A stretch of DNA of 64,000 bases from Lepidodermella squamata (Eukaryota > Animalia > Gastrotricha), in assembly GCA_047495785.1 (NCBI GenBank), contig JBLDXI010000024.1:3038001-3102000 (forward strand), given 5' to 3'. The translations under genes were made by a program, and so were the position numbers. Shown in pieces: positions 1 through 13,200 of the stretch (position 1 is the stretch's first letter; each line of letters begins with the position of its first letter). The notes under the pieces are model-generated. The model searched no databases and was not told the DNA's origin. It was given only the letters and a program-made list of their open reading frames with translations.

Positions 1-343
1 TTATCCTGAGTAACATAGAGCAAAATGGAGTTTAGGGTGTTCAAAAATAGATTACTAAGAAAGCCCACCTTTTTATACTTTTTACCTAAAATTAGGTATT
101 TATCGCCTCGAATTTCAGTTTTCGGTAATTAGAAGCTTCAATTGAAATTTTTAGGCTAAATGGGAGGCTCCCAGGGTCCTAAATGCCCGAGTAAAATTCG
201 GTTATTTAGCGGCTAAATTGCGAACTTTTTTTTATAGTGCATCTTTTTATAGTGCATATAGTGCATTTACCATTCGCATAGTAGTAGTGTAAAAGGGGCT
301 TATGTCCCCTACCATCTGTTGCCCATAACGTTCCACCCTATTA

Positions 344-1178
344 CATCTTTTTTCTTTTGCAATTTCATTATTTTTATTAAAGAAACACGTGATTATATTT
401 TCATGATTCTCAGCTTATTCATTTTTTTACTTTTTTCTACCTAAGGATTTACTCGATCTTCGAAGGTTCGCTGTATGCGAATACGAAACCCGAATTGGAT
501 GAATTTGATATCAAATTGAAGCTAGAGATCTGATCTATCTAGCTGTGAAATTAGAATACTGGATGCCATTTCATTCTTGAAGGTATTCAACGTTTTAGCT
601 GACTGGCTGTTCGGAAAGTTTCTTCTGATTTTACCTACGATAATGTTTATTTTTCAACAAATACCTACTAAGGAATAATTATATTACTTAGTCTTCGCTA
701 ATTTCATCATTTCATGATGAAACCAAAGCAATATTTGTGAAAACTACCTCAGCTTAGGGTAAGCTATTGCCCTAAATGCTACTAAAGCTCAATTTTTCGA
801 GGTACTATCGCTTCTACTCGAGATATCAACTCCGCCTGATTGTTCTAATCATTTTTGGGGAGGAGGGAGGGGCCTTATACCTATAAAATATAAAAACTAC
901 CCAAGGAAAACATCTTTGCAGTTAATTCTACTTACTCCTTAGTTTTTGCGAAACACATAATAATTTTGTCGATCTGATCGCATGTTTGAAAAGATTATAT
1001 ATCTAGCTTCAATTTGATATCAAATTCATCCAATTCAGGTTTTGTAATCGCTTACCTTCGAAGATCGAGTAAATCCTTAGGTAGAAAAAAGTAAAAAAAA
1101 TGAATAAGTTGAGAATCATGAAAAAATAAACACGTGTTTCTTTAATAAAAATAATGAAATTGCAAAGGAAAAAAGGTG
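344..1178. mobile_element. Long-TIR non-autonomous DNA transposon (MITE/foldback), TA-flanked
   Basis: ~190-bp inverted arms (344-535 vs ~992-1178), TA on both sides, no ORF inside. Confidence 0.8.
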
Positions 1179-1745
1179 TAGAGATGATAGATTGCTAAAA
1201 AATTAATTAAGACGATTGTAGAATTTTCAGACCTCTAGGATCCTCACATCCTCCTTGAAACAGGGAAAACCTTAAGACCCTGATGAATATCAACCCCTTT
1301 TTTATACCACTCGACTCCTCATTGATAGGTCTTTAAGTTAACATTAATAGATCTTAAAATTGGCATCAAAATCTCACAATGTTCAAATTCAATGCTCAAA
1401 TGGCATCAAAATTTCGCCACACCCCACTTTTCACTAGTTTCCAGTCATTTTCTCTTTTTGCTAACATAAAAAGCCCTTAATATGCAATGCAAGATTTTCA
1501 TAAATAGGTCACTGAGCAACCTGAAGTGAGCATGCCAACGACCAGCCAACCTTCATTAGTCCAATCAATTGCTTTTTGTACACGTGAAACTGTTGTTTTC
1601 AATGTTTCGCGACTTTTGGCACAATAATCAATTTCACTTGAAAACAACTCGAAATGTCTTACCCCTAAAATGTCTCTGTCGAATGTCAAAATGGCCACCG
1701 CTTCTCTCTCACTGGCTATTAAGCGATGCAGGCTGAATACCACTT

Positions 1746-1765
1746 TTATCGAGTGTTTTTTCACA
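1746..1765 (+). promoter_or_regulatory. Conserved GATA + forkhead-like upstream element (lectin 5' module A)
   Basis: TTATCGAGTGTTTTTTCACA, 319 bp upstream of ATG 2065; near-identical copies at 3930 and 30531. Confidence 0.55.
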
Positions 1766-2064
1766 CAATGTGAGCAAAGTGACTTCGCGATAGCGTCAAA
1801 TGCTATGCAGTTTCCAGGCAATTACAGCGATGGCAGGGCTAGCAAATTGACAGCGACGTTTATCATCGCGCTCCGACATTTTGCTGCCGTTGAATTATTT
1901 GATAATTATTCAGCTTTCTTCAAAGGTGCGAGAGGATTTATCATTAATTTAAATGAGACGATTCAAAAATTGAACAACGAATTGTCTATTATTGAGTAGA
2001 ATTTTAGTGCAAAAAATTGTTACCAAACTACCTTTGTATTCATCAAGAAAGAGAATGAGCATCG

Positions 2065-2654
2065 ATGACGATTAATTCGAGGAACATCCAACTTGTCTCG
2101 GCTTTTCTCGCTCTTCTGTTTGGTAAATATCGGCTGCCGCATAATGAGAGGGGTTAACAACTTCCGTTTCTTCTCTACTCCAGGGCAGCTTGCAGAGTCA
2201 TTCGGATTGTTTTATTGTAGCTATGGTTCAGGAAATATCTTAAGCTGCAAAAACGGAGGCACTTGTGTTAGCAACGATAAATGCAACTGCCTCAATGGGT
2301 ACACAGGAGATTATTGTGAGACGCCACCTTGTGAGTTATTCCCCCGTTGAACGATTCATATGCTTCGTCAATTCAAATGTTCAGCTTGCGGATTAACATG
2401 CTCGAACGGCGGAACTTGCACCATTGTTAACGCAGTTAGCACTTGCCAGTGCAGGTCAGGGTGGACGGGGACGACCTGTGATACGCGTAAGCATCTCAAA
2501 TTGTCAACAGCACAATATGTATTGTCATTTTATATTCGTTTCCTTCCTTTTACAAAAGCTAATTGCCAGAATGGATGTCTTAACGGCGCAACCTGTTCCG
2601 CCCCGAATACCTGTACATGTGCGTCTGGTTATACTGGATCAACGTGCAACAGTG
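2065..2654 (+). CDS. Orphan 5' module of the giant lectin gene family: signal peptide + 3 EGF-like exons (alternative first module or truncated paralog)
   Basis: Exons 2065-2122, 2184-2330, 2385-2486, 2559-2654 joined by GT-AG phase-1 introns give MTINSRNIQLVSAFLALLFG...CKNGGTCVSNDKCNCLNGYTGDYCE...; homologous exon for exon to 4281-4870; ends at a GTAAGT donor with no matching downstream body of its own. Confidence 0.8.
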
Positions 2655-3298
2655 GTAAGTTGTTCCTTTGTTTCGTATATGCTGAAAATCAAATTTCTCT
2701 CTCTTTTCACCGTCGTTCCCTTGGGGTTTTTCGAATAAATTCATCAAAGGGACAGAAGCCCGACTTCTTCCTCATTAAAAAAAAAACTTAAACTTTATTG
2801 ACGTGCAATTATCATATGCATGATTGCAGCACATAGTAAGGCATACTTATCATAGACACTCAAGTGTTAAGTATTGCGTCTTTGATTTTAACTTTGAATG
2901 CTTATAAACCTACTATCTACCTTGACATTCACTTATTCTTCCACTATTCTTCTTAATTGAGTTACTACTCAAGTTATAATCTTGCATAGCTATCTTGAAT
3001 GATAACTGAACGAAATGAAGATCCATAGGAACCGCAGATGAGCTCGAATAAGCGATGAGCTATACGAGATTCATTTTCTTCTCTGCATCGGCTCCTCTGA
3101 GGTCGGGCCATAGTCCCATCATTCGAATTCCAGGCTTGCAGGAAAAAGTGGTCTCGAAATCGCAGGAAGTCGCGATGATAAATAATCCATCTTCACCCTA
3201 TCATAGCTTCACCCTATGAATTAAATTATGCATCCTAATTTAGCGACCTATCGCTCGTTTTATTCCGGAAGATATTTAGAACACATCTCGTGAGAGTG

Positions 3299-3540
3299 AA
3301 CTATTGAGGCAATGAAACTTCTGCAGAAATTTGGAATCAACAGTGTCAAAGCTGTCGAAATTGCATCTCAATATTGAAGGACAGCGTTTGAATAGTAAAT
3401 CATCGCCTTTACTCAAATTATCAACAATCGAACCCCCAAATAGTTTATGAAACATACCAATCTCTATTATCAATTAATCATTTACTCATGTGTCTATTAG
3501 GCAATGTTACTGTATATATCCGTAAGCCAAAACCGCCAAT
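3299..3540. repeat. 242-bp dispersed repeat, inverted partner at 20340-20580
   Basis: Reverse complement of 20340-20580 matches except for one C in a C-run. Confidence 0.9.
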
Positions 3541-3929
3541 GATCAACACAAAAACGTTATCGATGATTGATGGAATGTACTGATCAAGGGGCATCTCGAT
3601 AATCACATAACCTTAGATGTCGGTTTTTTGTTAAGTGAGTTGAGGGCCATTTGCCATTTCAATTCCATTTCTGAGATCCGCAAAATTATATTGGTTAGCG
3701 TTCCTTATGGCTAAGTTTGTAAAGTTAGCAAGTTAGCTAAGTTAGTAAGTAAGTAAACTGCTGCTGGCTATTGGTCTCACTACAAAAATATTCAACCAAT
3801 TTGATGAATGGGTTTCTTGCCAGTCTTGAGATGACTCGACTGAAAGTCAATGTCAATCCCATTATTTCCCCTGCTACCTGCTACCCTTCGCCTATTTCAT
3901 TTTTAGACTAGGTGAGGAAAGTTATTGGA

Positions 3930-3949
3930 TTATCGAGTGTTTGTTCACA
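3930..3949 (+). promoter_or_regulatory. Conserved GATA + forkhead-like upstream element (lectin copy 1)
   Basis: TTATCGAGTGTTTGTTCACA, 351 bp upstream of ATG 4281; a second shared block GTGCGAGA..TTGATAAATTAATT lies at ~4146-4172. Confidence 0.6.
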
Positions 3950-4280
3950 CCCTGTACCATGTAAGATGTAAGAAACGGTTTTCAGCTGAAATATTGGCGT
4001 TGTGCTTCAAGCTGCTTAAAAGCACGGTTTCCAGCCGAAAACGGTCATTTAACATTTTAACTGCATTTTACTGCTAAGTCTTGGCGCCTATGAGGTGTAT
4101 ACCTCATGCATTATTGGCTTGAATGCTCATTCAGATTTTTCCAAAGGTGCGAGAAGATTGATAAATTAATTAGATGAGGCAATACGGGGTTGAGTTATGC
4201 GACGATAATGGTTATTACTGCGGCTTTCAAGTGCAACACATTTTTATTGAATTGAATTCTGGCAGGAAGATTGAGAATCC

Positions 4281-7200
4281 ATGGCAGTTAATTCGACAAA
4301 AATTCAGCTTGTGTGTGCCTGTCTTGCTCTGCTGTTTGGTAAAAATTGTCCACCATAATATAACGAAAGCGTCTCACTTCTCTCATTTATTATAAGTTTC
4401 GGAGTCAAACAGCGGCCCTGGAGATTGTAGTAACGGTGTAGGAAATCCAGATATCTGTCAAAACGGAGGCACCTGTGGTAGTGATAAGAAATGCGATTGC
4501 GTAGCTGGGTTCTATGGAGCCCACTGCGAATTGGGCCACGCAATTGGTGAGCCATTCTCCCGATAATAACACATTCGCGTGTGTCGAAACCTCTATATCA
4601 TTCGTCTTACCTTGCAGCTTGTTCATTAACGTGCTCGAACGGCGGAACTTGCACCCTTGTTAACGCAATAAGCTCTTGCCAGTGTAGGTCAGGGTGGACG
4701 GGAACGACCTGCGATACATGTATTTTCAATTTTCACTATGGAAATTGCCTTTTGATAGTTGAATATACCTCCAGTTTCTTGCCCAAGTGGATGTCTTAAT
4801 GGCGGAACTTGTTCCGGTCCAAACACCTGCAAATGCGCGTCTGGTTATACCGGATCAACGTGCAACAATGGTATAGTATTATAAGAGCATCGCAATTCCA
4901 TTCATTGTTTATAGCCGAACTTCACTCCAACCTCCTTTTTTGATAGCAAGTTACCATATATATATTCGAACATGTCTCGTATTTGATTTCTCTGTTTTGG
5001 CCCCAAACACGCACATCTCCTCAGATTCTAAAATCTTCGAACCTGATACCCCATAAGCTAGACCTTGCCGTCTTTTTTGTGGACAAATCATATCTGATTC
5101 TGAATTCTGAATTACAACGCTTGAATTTTAAGCATCTCAAAAAATTCGAGTTTTCGCTTCACTGGGGATTAAATTGGTCTCTGGCAGCTCTCAGATGAAA
5201 TGTAAATGTTCATGATTCATCGATTGAATACATTTCCAGCGATTTGCTCGCCAAGCTGTCAAAACGGTGGGTCGTGCACCTCTCCTGACGTTTGTCTGTG
5301 CACCAGCGGATACAATGGAACAACTTGCCAATCTCGTAAGCTATAATCCTTCTAACTTCCGATATAATGTCCGAATTAACAAAAATACAGCCATTTGCTC
5401 GACTGCTTGCGGTAACGGTGGAACATGCATTTCGCCGAACACCTGCAGATGCGCATCAGGGTGGACAGGACCAACTTGCGCTACACGTTTGCAGAATACA
5501 TTATTGATATTATAAATTTCTTACGATTAATCTTTTAAAGCGGTCTGCTCTCCAACCTGCAAAAACAATGGCAACTGCACGGCCCCAAACGTTTGCCAAT
5601 GTGCAACTGGATACATCAGCATAGATTGCAGCACAGGTTCTAAGATCCTCTTTCATTTTAATTTCACACTAAATTTTACGCATTCCCAGCTGTTTGCAAT
5701 CCTCCGTGTAAAAACAACGGAACGTGCTCTTCGCCTGATGTCTGCACCTGCACGGCCAAGTGGACAGACTCGACATGTTCAACACGTAAGGCTGAGATGT
5801 GAACAGAAAATCTATCAGATGCCATTTATACTCAGCTATTTGCAATAATCCGTGTCAAAATGGCGGGACGTGTTCCAATCCTGACGTTTGCACCTGTGTT
5901 GCTGGCTGGACGGGATCTACTTGCGCAACGCGTACGCTTTCGCGAATTTCTCAACGTTTAGTTATCTTTCAATCGTTGTCTTTCAACCAGCTATTTGCAA
6001 CTCGCCCTGTAAGAACGGCGGAACGTGCGTTGGCCCTGATCAATGCAGGTGTCCTGCGATTTGGGGCGGTCCGACGTGCGTAGACCCTGCTTGCCCCGCG
6101 CGTAACAACTGCTCAGGGCACGGCAAATGCATAGCAGCGAACAATTGCACGTGTGACTTTTTGTGGAAAGGCGACAATTGCGATCAATGTTTGCTCGCAC
6201 TCCATAAGTATAATCGATTTAACTTGTTGCTTAAACAGGGTACTGCCAAGACGGCTGGTGTCAAAATAATGGCAACTGTTCAGGCCCGAAGTAAGTTTTT
6301 TGTCGGTAAACCTGTCCGTTGCTAGGCTAGAGGCGAGAAAACTTAGCAGTTAGCATCTCATCAGGTATGGACAGCTACTTAATAACTACGCAGTTTAAAA
6401 AAAAACCCCAGAAAATAAGGAAAAAAGAGTTAAATGATGGAAATTTAATTGTAGCCAATGTCAATGTGTGTGGAAGTATTGGCGCGGGCCGAGATGTGAG
6501 CAACGTGAGCGGTGAAGTAAACAAAATCTCTTCGTTATTTACATTCAATTTTTTGCAGCGGTTTGCTCTCCGGAATGCTCCAACGGTTTGAAGTCGCAAG
6601 TTGTATCACTTCAGACTTTTGCAATATTTCTTCCTCCACCCAGGTGGCCAATGCCTATGGTCAGGTGGTAATCAGTATGTTGTAAGAATTTAGTTCTCGC
6701 AATTGGTTAATACTTCTACGTTCAAGGTGCCATTGCCCAACAGGCTGGACAGGAAATGATTGCACAATACGTAGGCGATATATTGAATTTATTGAAACAT
6801 TTAAGTTACTCTGAATAAAAATAAAGCTGACGCCGCTTCCTGGGCTGGGCACCAAACATTCATCAGCCAGAATTCGAAGACTTGGACCCAAGATGACGTG
6901 TACAAGAAATTCACGCTTGATGCGAGTGCTTATCCCCCTGGTTATTCCTCAGCGCGTAATATTTGTAGTCTGCAGTGTTAACCTTTTCCTAAATATGTTA
7001 TTTCAAGCGACGAGTGTTGAGAACTGCTGCCCTTGTGGGACTTTCCTACTCGATAACAACTGCTACTTTGTGGTGAATGGTCATACTTCGTGGAATTTCG
7101 GTGAAACTATGACTCAGCCTCATTATACCTACGCAACTTGCAGCCACGCTGGAGGGGTACCTGCCACCTTCGAAACAGGCGATGCCCAGTCAAAAATGGC

Positions 7201-10200
7201 TAGTTTAGTAAAATGGCTTGCCACTGAGCAAAATATTCAGCTCGGGGACAAACCAGTTGATCTCGCGACTAGAGTGGTTAATTATGACGACGATTCATTT
7301 TATGACCTTTGCTTGCTTATCGGCGGTTTCCGAGATCACGCCACGAATAAGTGGTACTGGCAGACGTATCCGCCGGTCGAGATTGACAGCTCACTCTGGG
7401 TGAAAAACGAGCCACAGGGATACGAATTTCTTTGCATGATACCGCACAAAAAACGCCCAATGCTCAGAACTTATTACTACTGGTGGGGCGAACAGCCTCT
7501 CGTCTGCATGATACGAAACCCGTGTTCGACTATGCCCGTCTGCAAGCCTGGCGTTACGAAGGACAAGCTTGACACTGTTCGGATGTGGGATAGATGCTAC
7601 AGCACAGGCGTGTCTCCAAATAATGACTGGGGCACGGCTTTTGTGAATCGGCTCCAGGCAGAACAAATTTGCCAGAGTAAGAATGGATTCTTAGCATCTA
7701 TAAGGCAGCAATTCGAGCCTTTCTATTGGGCGTGGGGCTTGGACGTTACATTGACAAACGATCAAACTGCATTCAGCTTCCCATACCGAATCTGGAACTA
7801 TCAGGGATGGATTGGCTACAACCATCTGAACTGTTAATTTCTTGTAATTAGTGATGATTTTGAATTCACCTCATCTTTTTAACAGCTGATTACTACTGGG
7901 ACTCAAGCAATATTAACCTGGCGAGTCCTTACCACGCGAACTGGCGATTAGGTTCGGGCCAAGAGCCGAACGACCAAGATGCTAGTCTTTGCTCTGTTGC
8001 GAAATTCGACGGATGGATCGATGAGATTTGCTCCATGAATACAAACGTAAATTGAAAAATTAGTCATTTTGAAGATTACGTGAATATTCTTCTCGCAGAG
8101 AATCGCCTGTGAAAGCGGTGTTGGAGTACCAACAGTCGTCGCAGATACAGATAGTGGCAGCAATTGCGCTCTGACGTGCCCGATAGCACGTAGTTTCATT
8201 TTGGGCTCTAGTCTTTCTAATTATTTTATTTTTAACTTTCAGCCGGTTGCCCAGCTAATTACGCCTATGTAGCCTGCTTTGATTCTTGCTACAAATTCAA
8301 TACGTAATATCAATCAGCGTTACTTATTAAATCTGGCTAAAGATGAATCTCCCACCAGGGACAACTCAAAGACTTACTTCGAAGCACTTTCTGATTGCGT
8401 AAGTAAATGAAATTATGAAATCAATTGAATAAACACGTATTCTCAGGTTAATGATGGTGCCACATTTGCGAACATCAACTCAACGGAAGAGTTTACCTAC
8501 ATCACTAGCATGCTTGACAAGAAGAAAGACTGGTTCATCGGTCTCGGAGATTGGACAAGGCGGTCGAAAGGTAATCTGGGCACAGGCGTTACTACCTATG
8601 TTGGTGACTCTGATGGAACTTGGACATGGCAAGACGATACAATAGCCGATTCGATATCTTACGATACGATTGGCACCACCTTTTCAAAGAGCCCAGATCC
8701 ATATAAATTCCTGATATGGGAGAAACAACCTGCGCCCGCGTCTGATAAAGCGAGTGCCCCTTTCCTAACATTCTTGAGATGGCAAGCCTCGAGTAATCAA
8801 TGGTATATCCCAATCAGTGATAAGAACAAGTTCGACTACAAAGCAGCGTATGTTTGCGAGTACAACTCGGCGTGCTACAAGTGTCCAATGTCTTGGGTCA
8901 AATTCGGGACTTACTGCTTCCAATATTCAACCTTCGATGACGGCGATGGCACTTACTTTGATAAAAAGCTGAGTTGTCAGAACCAAGATCCAAATGCCTA
9001 TATTTGGGCTCCGAAAACGGAGATGCTGATTCTCTTCGTTCGTGTCTTGCTGCAGCAGATGAACAAGTTTGACTCTAGTAAGTCAGTATGGATAGGGCTT
9101 GAAAAAAGAGCAGATAACACATGGGGTTGGAGTGATGGTAGCGATGTAGCTCCGGGTGATGCCTATGACATATTCCGCGGAACAACTGTGACTGCAAATA
9201 ACTGGGCTTTCTACGTCGACATATCAAACAGAGCGAATAATTTGCAAAAAGTGACTGATCAGAATGGAACGCAATGGAAGCTTGCCAATCAAAATTCGAC
9301 ATCCTACCGCGTGATTTGCCAACTGCCTGGTACTTATGGCGTTGGTCGGCCATGTCAACCAAACTGTCCGACAAAAGGTGAATCATTGCGATTTCACGAT
9401 TATTAAGAGCATTCTGAACATTGTGCTTTAGTAACTTGCCCTGGTGGATACGAATATGCTCCATGCACGGACTCATGCTACAGAGTTTCAGGGTTCGTTA
9501 GATCTCCACAGAATTATAAATAATATGTGTTCTAGATGTAATTTGGCAGAAAGGTTTTGTAGTTACCTGATTGAATGCCACAACAATTTTCTCAGACATG
9601 TTACTTTTTGTGACTCGATACATCTGTTATGATTTTGCAGTTGGGGATCGAGGTATCTTGACGCTCTCAAAGACTGCGTGAGTTTTTTGCATATTGCAGG
9701 AACATATTATAGAATTCGGTCATTCCAGATGGGCTCCGGAGCATCTTTGGTCAACTTCAACTCACAAGACGAGTTCCGCCGGGTCATGTCAATCGACAAC
9801 ATTGACGAGAGCAAACAATACTTCATTGGTCTGCAAGACTGGGCAAGGCGTTCGCGGCGATATCCTGTCACGTACTCTTCTAATTATCAACCCTACATTG
9901 GTGATCCTGATGGTAAGTGGTACTGGTCAGATGACACCGGGCCAATCGATGCTTCGGATATACCCGACGGCTTCTTCGTCCCGTCGCCGGACCCCTGGAG
10001 CTTTCTAATTTGGCAGCAACGGCCTGCTGTTTTTTCTGATCGTAGCAACAACTTTGTAGCCACATTGACCTACTCAAAATCGCGTTCTCAATGGTATATC
10101 GCCGTGAATAATAGCAATTTCGCGTCAACCGCTCGCTACATCTGCGAGTACAGCATGGCGTGTACAATGTGCCCTAGCGGCTGGTCGAAATTCAACGACA

Positions 10201-13200
10201 AATGCTTCAAAGTCCTAAATAGTAATTACTACACAGGCTGGCAGGCAGTGCAGAATTGTCGCGATTTGGGATCGATAGTGATAGCGCCTCGAACCGAGAG
10301 CCTTATTATGTATCTCCGAAGTACAAACTATGTAGCGAAATGGGGATGGTCAGCTATGTACGTTGGGCTTCTCGCCAAAGGTACATCGTATACATGGGCT
10401 GATGGGAAGGATGCTGATGCGACCGATGCCTACGACATAAAAGCTGAACCAACTTCGGATGCGATTTATTTAGTAGGAGTTGGTCAAGACACGTCTTTGA
10501 CGAAACAAGACGAGCAAGATTACTTGCAATGGTCAAGCTTGAACAACAATTCCTATAGTGGATTAGTGGTTTGCCAAAGGAATGGAAGCTATGCAAACGG
10601 TGTCTTGGTGACTACCCAAGCTCCACCAGATTGCTTAGACGTATGTAAAACAATCATGGCCTAGATTTTCATTGCATAACGATTCCTTTTTATCAATAGG
10701 ATGGCTGTTGCAAATGCCCTTTTGTTAGGTTTTCAGACCAGTCGTCTCAAACCGATACATGCTACTACTTCTCCAACTACACGTAAACAATTATTTATTT
10801 TGACTGCCTTGTTTTTGTATTCATATTTTCCAGGGCAACGTGGGATGACGCCAGCTGGACTTGTACTGGAATGGGAGGTCATCTAGTGATTGCGGACACA
10901 ATGACGAAGCTTCAGTATATTTTGAATCACCCTAAAATGGTTGCGCCGTACTACTGGACCGCACTTTCCCTAAGTAAAATCTGAATATTGCCAAAGAATA
11001 AGCTGATTGTTATTACCAGATTCCTATGGCATTTGGGCTTGGCCGAACACTCCTAACAATTACACTGCTGCACTGAACAGTAGGGTTTAAGTGGAATGAA
11101 ATCAGCTATAAAAAATATTTAATCCAGGATATATCATTGGCGACAATGCGTGGCCATCAACGCCGAATTGTTACGCAGCTCTCATTTCGAATAATGAAGG
11201 AATGTTGGTCCCGTTCTGTAACAATTCAAAAAGTGTTCAGATCACAAACGCAACCGTTGGCAATACGACGACGTATGATCGGAGCACGCAGTTTCGATTC
11301 ATCTGCGAAATAGTTCACTCGCCTACTTCTTGCCTTGGTAAAATTCGACATTAATTTTTGTGTTTCCTCAGGCTTTTAGAATTATGAATCTGAATTTAGA
11401 CGTTCATAGACGCAATCACAATTTCTCGCGTCACTTTCCCAACTTCCTAAAATATGGGTTGGCCCTACGTCTCATCTTAAATTATGCCTGACATTGATTG
11501 CTGGAGCACGGCATATTTCTAGACATCTATTTCATGTTTTTTCGAATTTAGGCTGCAAATATCCCAGCGATGCGGTCGATTTGCAGAATTTGAACAATGG
11601 CCACAGGATTTCTGCTGATAAATGCATTTGGCTCTTCGATGACACTGGGGACCGCTCGACTAATATCAACACATGCAAAGCGGCTGGAATGCGGCCTCTA
11701 TCAATTTTGCAGAATTACGAATCGAGAATTATGACCAGAGCCATGTTCGAACTTGGAAAAGACTCGTTTTGGCTGGACCTGGTGCTGCGAAATAAGAGTT
11801 TGCTACCTTGAAATTAATTCTAAAGGTTTCCTATTTCCTTTTGATCGACAGCTGACTACGTCTGGGAAGGTGAACCGACCACCTGGCACACGACTCCCAA
11901 CAATCGTCTGGTGGGCTTGCCATGGAGAAACAACTGGTACCAGCCATGTACCCGAGTTGCAAACGACATGAACATTTACACGCGAAACTGCCAAGATTAC
12001 TCGATCCCAATTTGCACCGTTCCATCGGCGGCGTCATGCTCAGATATGTGCCCAGCTGGCTTTACTTCAGTTGGTGATACTTGCTATCGGCTAGTAACGT
12101 AAGATTTAGCATTTAGCATTTAGCAACAGCCGAACTTTCTTGACAAATTGTAAAGGTCACCAACAGCAAATAGCCCGTTTGCTGCTAGGACGTATTGCTA
12201 CAACAACTTTAATAGTTATAACCTTGCTTCGATAACGAGCACTAAAAAGTTCCAACAGCTTATCGATTACTTGACGTCAACTAACAGCTTACTTATCGGA
12301 TCCGCGATTTGGCTTGGCTTGGACAACAGCATAGTTACGTCCCACTCTGCATTCGATAATGCGAATTTAGTGCGATCAGGGGATCCTGATTCTGGTTTGG
12401 AATTGTATACATTCAAATAACTTGATAGCTAAAATGGTTTCTTCTTTAGTCTGGGAACTTGATAGTGGTGATAAGCTACCAATAACGTCGTTTGGTGCGA
12501 ATTCTGATGCGAGTTTCTGGGATGCAAGTTCGCCTAACAGCAGTCATCACTACGCCTATCTCTATTGGGATACTACAAACATCCGCGTTCGAACAATTTC
12601 GAAGAACACCCCTCTGAATGCATTATTCGTTTGTGAAAGGCCACAACCTTGCTTAGAATGCGAACTGGGCTGGGTATGTATTATTATCTTGATTTTCAAG
12701 TTTATAATTCAAAAAAATATCTAGTGGTTTTTCAATGGGCATTGCTATCGTAAAGTTTCTATCGTCGCCGGATCAAAGTTCAGAAGCGTCCGGAATAAAT
12801 GCGAATTCATGTCTTCGTACTTAACAACAATCAACTACCCGATGGAGAATATGTTTGTCAGACAATTTGCTGGCTTCGATAAATACATCTTCATGGGGAT
12901 ATACACTGTAATGACCTACAACTTACCGCTAAAAGAAGATTATTTCGAATGGGAGGACGGTTTGCGAATGAACGCGAGTCAGCTAAATCTATGGACCAAT
13001 AGTGAGCCAAATATTTGGAAAGGAATGGAATACTTATCCGCAATCGCCTCTAACACAAATGAGTGGAATGACGTTGACCCGGAGCACGGCAGCCCAAACA
13101 TAGCTGTTTGCGAAAAAGATGCGACCCCACCTACCATAAAATGTCCGAAATCAGGCTCTGCCGCATCAGCTTGTGGTGACAGCGTGGCAAACAGTATCTT

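Noticed and set aside
1498-1999. ORFs of 107 and 109 aa upstream of module A
   Set aside because: They overlap the duplicated promoter region, show no recognisable motif, and the frame is not kept in the homologous regions at ~3930-4280 and ~30530-30860.
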